DNA of 64,000 nt from a virus: the IMG/VR virus record IMGVR_UViG_2856349417_000002, positions 1 through 64,000 of that record; one strand, written 5' to 3'. Positions 59,807 to 64,000 of this stretch are shown here, piece after piece (position 1 is the stretch's first letter; every line of letters begins with the position of its first letter). A program made the position numbers and the translations under genes. A model generated the notes under the pieces. That model was not told the origin of the DNA and made no database searches. It saw nothing but the letters and a program-made list of their open reading frames with translations.

Positions 59807-60129
59807 GCGCGCGCGATTGGCACGTCGGCATGAAGGTGGTCTGCGTCGACCCGACATGGGGGACGGCTACAGGACATCCGTTGCAGAGGCAGTACTGCCC
59901 GAACCTGCCGGAAAAGAACGCCGTTTACACCATTCGCACGATCGAATCCGATGTCGTCGTCAGAGGGCATGAACCGGAAATCCTGATCCGGCTGGTGGAA
60001 ATCGCTAACCCAACCATCAACGGCGGCGAGGCCAGGTTCTTCGCAAGCAAATTCCGCCCTGCCCAGCCGCGCAAGGCTGATATCTCCATCTTCACCGCCA
60101 TGCTCACCGACGCGACGGTGCCAGCATGA
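59803..60129 (+). CDS. Hypothetical protein (108 aa)
   Basis: Track ORF with an ATGA overlap. Confidence 0.6.
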   Translation: MSARDWHVGMKVVCVDPTWGTATGHPLQRQYCPNLPEKNAVYTIRTIESDVVVRGHEPEILIRLVEIANPTINGGEARFFASKFRPAQPRKADISIFTAMLTDATVPA

Positions 60130-60833
60130 GCGCGCTCCGAGCCTTTGCCGTCACCGAGAATGACGAGAACACCGGCGCCATCTATTTCGCCGAGCACGAC
60201 ATCGTGGCGAAGCGCTGGGGCGCGAACGAGTTCGCCGACGGCGAGCTGAGCTATGTCTCCTGCCGGCGCGTTCCGTGGGCTGACGCCTATGCTGGAAAGC
60301 CGATTCCCGCATCGGTGATGATCGCCTATGGCTGGCACTTCGAGTGCTGCGGCTGCGGCATGCGCCTCGATGAGGACGAATTGCGGGAGCGGCATCTTCC
60401 GGTCGAGGGCGTGCTCGGCACCCAGCATAGCATGGTGTTCTGTTGCGCGCGATGCCGGCGCAAGGATTTCAGCCGCAAGCGTCGTAGGAAGGCGGAGGAA
60501 CAACGCGCCATTGACTGTTTCAAGAGCATCGTGCGCAAACGCTTCCCGGAAGTCGAGTTCTGCGACAATCCCGAGATTGATCATTGGCGGCACCACGCTC
60601 GCGCGGACTATCGCCACGGCGAAAAGGGATGGCTCTGGGAGAGTGTATGTGTCGCATTCACCTTCCCTGGTATGCAGATCGCGCCAGCGACATTCCGTAC
60701 CCCCGAGAGACCATGGATGGGCTACGGCGAAGGCAATCGCTTCATCGGCCCGCTCAAGCCTTATTACACATGCTGCAACGGCGACCGTGAGGCGTTCGAA
60801 GCCTATGCGGCAGCGACGAAGGTGCGGCCATGA
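60126..60833 (+). CDS. Hypothetical Cys-rich protein (235 aa)
   Basis: Track ORF. Contains ECCGCG ... CCARC. Confidence 0.6.
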   Translation: MSALRAFAVTENDENTGAIYFAEHDIVAKRWGANEFADGELSYVSCRRVPWADAYAGKPIPASVMIAYGWHFECCGCGMRLDEDELRERHLPVEGVLGTQHSMVFCCARCRRKDFSRKRRRKAEEQRAIDCFKSIVRKRFPEVEFCDNPEIDHWRHHARADYRHGEKGWLWESVCVAFTFPGMQIAPATFRTPERPWMGYGEGNRFIGPLKPYYTCCNGDREAFEAYAAATKVRP

Positions 60834-61015
60834 TCGAGCGCCTCGACGACAAGGTCGAGCTCTGCTGCGACGAATGCGGCGATAGCGCCGGGCGCGTCTT
60901 CGACCGCGATGACTTCGACGTGATGATCCAGCACGCCAAGGACGAGGGCTGGCGCATTTTCAAGGTCGGCCGCGATTGGAAGCACAATTGCGCCGATTGC
61001 AGGGATGATCGATGA
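60830..61015 (+). CDS. Hypothetical zinc-binding-like protein (61 aa)
   Basis: Contains CCDEC ... CADC. Coupled. Confidence 0.5.
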   Translation: MIERLDDKVELCCDECGDSAGRVFDRDDFDVMIQHAKDEGWRIFKVGRDWKHNCADCRDDR

Positions 61016-61749
61016 GGATGGCAAGCATGAGCGCGATCGAGTTCGCAAAGGAAATGTGCCGCGCCGGCTTCGATGGCTCCGACCTTTCGGGTGCGGACAT
61101 TCTGCAAGCCGCCGAGCGCCACGGGCTCGTGAAGGCGGTAGCATATGACCCGGAGAAGCACCCGAACGTCACGGGCTCCGAATATCTCGATCCGGGTGAC
61201 CGGATTTACATCTTCACGGAAGCGCTTGCCGCCGAACTGGACGCGCCGATCGGGGCACAAGGCTGGATCGTAGGACGCGGGGACGAGAAGCGCTGGCGCT
61301 GCTGGACTGCTCTCGGGCCAGAGTGGACCGAGGATCGCGAGAAGGCGACGCGATACGCTCGCCGCGAAGACGCCGAAGCGGTGCATTCCGGCGACGAAGA
61401 TGCTTGGGCTGTTGTGCTCTACGACGACGCCGCGACATATCCATGGCGCTGCTTCCATTGCGATGAGGTCTTCGCCGACGAGCGTTGCGCGTGCGACCAC
61501 TTCGGTGCCGACGAGACGCGCGAGCCGGCCTGCCAGATCAAGATGGGTGCCGAGCGCAGCATGCTCACGGCGCTTCGTCGCGCTGAGGCCGACGCCGCCG
61601 ACGCCTGGTTCAAGATCCACAACGAGGCGACCGACTCGGCAAAGGCATTCTATGCCCAAGCGGCTCGGCACCAGGAGCAGCTGAAGGCGGCTGAGGAACT
61701 CGGCTATGAGCGCGGCCTTCGCGATGCTCGGGAGAACGCCGATGGCTGA
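61012..61749 (+). CDS. Hypothetical protein (245 aa)
   Basis: Track ORF. Contains WRCFHCDEVFADERCACDHFG. Confidence 0.6.
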   Translation: MRMASMSAIEFAKEMCRAGFDGSDLSGADILQAAERHGLVKAVAYDPEKHPNVTGSEYLDPGDRIYIFTEALAAELDAPIGAQGWIVGRGDEKRWRCWTALGPEWTEDREKATRYARREDAEAVHSGDEDAWAVVLYDDAATYPWRCFHCDEVFADERCACDHFGADETREPACQIKMGAERSMLTALRRAEADAADAWFKIHNEATDSAKAFYAQAARHQEQLKAAEELGYERGLRDARENADG

Positions 61750-61939
61750 GCTGAAACCCTGCCCCTTCTGCGGCGGCCCGGTGAAACTTGAGCAGCCGCT
61801 TGATAGCTTGCCGTTTTCCAGTCGTGGTTGGGGCGTCGTCTGCCGCAACACCATCAACTTGGGTGGAACCTGCGCGATCGAGCAAATCCCATCGCGGACG
61901 AAAGAGGCGGCAATCGAGCGGTGGAACAGGCGCGCATGA
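61742..61939 (+). CDS. lar: Lar-family restriction-alleviation-like protein (65 aa)
   Basis: MAELKPCPFCGG ... C ... KEAAIERWNRR follows the Lar-family pattern as I recall it. Confidence 0.6.
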   Translation: MAELKPCPFCGGPVKLEQPLDSLPFSSRGWGVVCRNTINLGGTCAIEQIPSRTKEAAIERWNRRA

Positions 61940-62211
61940 GCTACCATTGTTTCAGCGACACGAAGACCGTTGCACGCAAACCCCATCGCTGCGTCTGGTG
62001 CAGCCGTCTCATCTTGAGCGGCTCGACCTATCGCCGCGAACACTCCGTTTATGACGGCCACCACCAGAATTTCGCGTGGCATGAGGCGTGCCGCAAAGAC
62101 GCCGACGACTGGTTTTCCGAGTCAGGGAGCGAGGAGTTTGCGACCGACAACGAAATGCCGTGGCTTGAACTCTATCGGCTCGAAGTCGCCGATCTCGGCA
62201 AGTCACCATGA
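61936..62211 (+). CDS. Hypothetical Cys/His protein (91 aa)
   Basis: ATGA overlap. This is the C-terminal part of track ORF 61828-62211. Confidence 0.5.
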   Translation: MSYHCFSDTKTVARKPHRCVWCSRLILSGSTYRREHSVYDGHHQNFAWHEACRKDADDWFSESGSEEFATDNEMPWLELYRLEVADLGKSP

Positions 62212-62543
62212 ACGACCAGCCGCCCGAGCTCCTGACCGTGGCGCAAACCCCAGACTATTGGTCGGCGCGTTTTCGCGACAAAGGGTTGCGCATGTCTGCC
62301 AGGTCGTTGCGCGAAAAGGCGATCGCGTCCGGGCTCTGCTACCATGTCGACAAGCAGGTTCTCATCTCGCCGCGGCAGATCGACGAGTTGTTCTTGTGGA
62401 GTAAAACGCCATGCCGCTCACGATCTACAAGCGCGGCCGGTTCTGGTGGCTCACCGGAACGGTCCCTACCCGGGAAGGCGAGCAGCGCGTACACGAGAGC
62501 ACTGGCCAAGCTGTCGAAAGGGAAGCGGACAAGGTCCGCCTAA
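62208..62543 (+). CDS. Possible excisionase/HTH protein overlapping the integrase start
   Basis: Track ORF. The N-terminus ELLTVAQTPDYW...ISPRQIDELF is HTH-like. There is no stop until 62543, so it overlaps the integrase by 133 nt. Confidence 0.4.
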   Translation: MNDQPPELLTVAQTPDYWSARFRDKGLRMSARSLREKAIASGLCYHVDKQVLISPRQIDELFLWSKTPCRSRSTSAAGSGGSPERSLPGKASSAYTRALAKLSKGKRTRSA

Positions 62544-63562
62544 ACCGTGAACTCCGCGCGCAGCAAGAGATTGACCTTGACCCGAAGGACCGCTTCACCT
62601 TCGCCCAAGCGGTCGACGCCTATCTCGACGCCGGCAAGAGCGACAATTTCATACGCAAGCTGCTCGAGCATTTCGCTGAAACGAGGATCTCGGACATGAC
62701 CGGCTCGGAGGTGCGCGCCGCCGCGAAGGCGCTTTATCCGACGGCGGCCTACACGACATGGAACCGCCAGGTGATCATCCCGACGCGAGCTGTGATCAAC
62801 CTCAGCGCCAACGATGGCAAATGCCGGCCAGTGCTGATCAAGGGATTTTCGAAGAACGAGCGCGACATCAAGCGCCCCGACACGCCGCCGAAGCGCGCCG
62901 TCGATCGCTCCTATATCGATACATTTCGAGAGCACAGCGACGACCCGCGCCTCAGTGCCTTGATGCTGTTCCTATTCCAGACCGGCGCCCGCATCTCGGA
63001 CGCGCTCAAGCTCGAAGACGATTCCGCCGACGTCGACCTCATCGGGCGAAAAGTCATCTTCCGCGACATGAAGAACGGCGAGGATGGCGAAGCGGATCTC
63101 ACCATTGAGATGGTGTACGAACTGCAGCAGCTACGAGAGTGGAAGCGGGAACGGCTGACCTCCTGGGAGGTGCGCATCCCATGGGGAAAAAATCGGCGAG
63201 CTGGTCCGCGTCACAGCGGGCGCGGGGCGAAGAAGCCGAACAATCGGCTGTTCGGCTATATCCAGCGCACCTCAGTCTACAAGGACATCAAGCGCATCTG
63301 CGAAAAGGCCGAGCTGCCCTATCTCGGCACGCATCAGCCAGGCCGCCACAGCTTCGCCACCGAGATGATCGTGCGCCACGGCGTCGATGTCGCCACCACG
63401 GCCGCCAAGGGCCGTTGGAAGACGAAGAAGCTCCTCCTCGAAAACTACACCCACGGAGAGAAGGGCAAGGGCGTCATCGACAAGGTGTTCGGGAAGAAGA
63501 AGCCGCGCAAATCGGCGAATGGTGATACTACTTCGCCTCGAAAACGAAGGAGGGAGGGATGA
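62411..63562 (+). CDS. int: Tyrosine recombinase / phage integrase
   Basis: Catalytic signature: R in TGARISDAL, H-x-x-R in HQPGRHSFAT, GRWKT, and Y in LENYTH. Confidence 0.9.
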   Translation: MPLTIYKRGRFWWLTGTVPTREGEQRVHESTGQAVEREADKVRLNRELRAQQEIDLDPKDRFTFAQAVDAYLDAGKSDNFIRKLLEHFAETRISDMTGSEVRAAAKALYPTAAYTTWNRQVIIPTRAVINLSANDGKCRPVLIKGFSKNERDIKRPDTPPKRAVDRSYIDTFREHSDDPRLSALMLFLFQTGARISDALKLEDDSADVDLIGRKVIFRDMKNGEDGEADLTIEMVYELQQLREWKRERLTSWEVRIPWGKNRRAGPRHSGRGAKKPNNRLFGYIQRTSVYKDIKRICEKAELPYLGTHQPGRHSFATEMIVRHGVDVATTAAKGRWKTKKLLLENYTHGEKGKGVIDKVFGKKKPRKSANGDTTSPRKRRREG

Positions 63563-63789
63563 ACGACCAACAGACGGCACTGCGGGTCAAGGCTCTGGAG
63601 TGGAATGCGGGCGGCTTCGCCCACACGCCGCTCGGGATCTTCTACCGCGTGACGGACGAAGGATCATTCTGGAAGCTTGGCGCCTACCAGAACAACTCCG
63701 AGACCTATTCGGCGCACCCGACTGAGCAGAGCGCGAAAGATTATGCCTATGCCGACTTCGAACGCCGCGTGCGGTCGGTCCTGGTTTGA
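63559..63789 (+). CDS. Hypothetical protein (76 aa)
   Basis: Track ORF with an ATGA overlap onto the integrase stop. Confidence 0.55.
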   Translation: MNDQQTALRVKALEWNAGGFAHTPLGIFYRVTDEGSFWKLGAYQNNSETYSAHPTEQSAKDYAYADFERRVRSVLV

Positions 63790-63944
63790 TGGCGAAAAGC
63801 GCCGCTGAAATATTGAGCCCACAGCAACTGGCGACCCTCCGAGAAGCCGGGTTCGTGGTGATCCATCGCGAGCCGACGGAGGCCATGGCGAAGGCGTTCT
63901 ATGCCGGTCAATGGCCGGAATCGGTGTCCTTCGAGGAAGGTTAG
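63789..63944 (+). CDS. Hypothetical 51-aa protein
   Basis: Not in the ORF track. Hand translation: MAKSAAEILSPQQLATLREAGFVVIHREPTEAMAKAFYAGQWPESVSFEEG. TGATG overlap. Confidence 0.4.
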   Translation: MAKSAAEILSPQQLATLREAGFVVIHREPTEAMAKAFYAGQWPESVSFEEG

Positions 63945-63945
63945 G

Positions 63946-64000
63946 ATGGCGCGGCTTTTCATCGATACCGAGTTCAACGGATTCGGCGGCCAGTTGATGT
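63946..64000 (+). CDS. 5' end of a DnaQ-like 3'-5' exonuclease (partial)
   Basis: MARLFIDTEFNGFGGQLM is an Exo I motif (DxE) context. GAGGAAGG RBS. Confidence 0.5.
   Translation, partial: MARLFIDTEFNGFGGQLM

Larger units (their letters stand above)
120..64000. mobile_element. Integrated temperate siphovirus-like prophage (right end not reached)
   Basis: Contiguous phage modules: lysis 2288-6011, GTA-like tail 7584-21792, head 22476-30746, portal/terminase 30743-34101, early/immunity/recombination 35086-58145, integrase 62411-63562. ATGA/TGATG/GTGA start-stop overlaps are pervasive, and a shared 17-bp operator-like motif runs from 126 to 58169. Confidence 0.9.

Noticed and set aside
7503-62082. 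Many long ORFs antisense to or overlapping the called genes (for example 7503-8546+, 10875-12017+, 13515-14756+, 19985-21655+, 23556-24644+, 24475-25839-, 31686-33677+, 51106-52056-, 55280-56278-, 58785-59831-, 60754-62082-)
   Set aside because: These are typical high-GC shadow ORFs. They are Arg/Gly/Ala/Pro-rich, lack RBSs, and fully overlap genes with recognisable motifs and operon-style start/stop coupling.

Overview
This is high-GC (about 62% by eye) DNA that looks alphaproteobacterial and Rhizobiales-like. The left edge holds the 5' half of a tRNA-Thr(GGU) (1-42, minus strand). The rest of the window reads as one integrated temperate tailed-phage genome, and its right end is not reached.

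Layout:
- 233-2166: small cargo genes and a minimal ATP-dependent DNA ligase.
- 34853 down to 2288 (minus strand): a long late operon. In transcription order it carries a metallopeptidase, TerS/TerL, portal, a Mu-F-like head protein, protease/scaffold, a decoration protein and the major capsid protein. These are followed by head-tail joining genes, the major tail protein, a G/GT chaperone with a -1 slippery site, and the tape measure. Then come GTA-type distal tail genes (DUF2460-like, DUF2163/BR0599-like, a 1148-aa host-specificity protein) and tail fibres. The operon ends with a pinholin/SAR-endolysin/spanin lysis cassette and a strong terminator at 2233-2265.
- 35086-41464 (plus strand): a very large C5-cytosine methyltransferase and small early genes, ending at a Rha/KilAC antirepressor.
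- 49633 down to 41415 (minus strand): an early operon from a Cro-like gene through a replication initiator, an N6-adenine methyltransferase and a PP-loop ATPase + radical-SAM pair.
- 49760-50365: a CI-like repressor.
- 50622-58145 (plus strand): a recombination/early block (ERF-like annealase, YqaJ-like exonuclease, Gp37/Gp68-like protein).
- 58206-64000: a sulfotransferase-like gene, a MucR/Ros regulator, a Lar-like gene and a tyrosine integrase (62411-63562), followed by further coupled genes.

The late operon is interrupted four times by opposite-strand or non-coding inserts: a PAP2 membrane protein (6242-7339), a membrane moron (19114-19401), an Arc-like gene with a divergent ORF (21815-22479), and a roughly 1-kb largely non-coding island (28741-29751). 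A 17-bp palindromic operator-like motif recurs at 13 or more places.

All family names come from motif recognition by eye, not from database searches. Start codons were checked by hand against the sequence.
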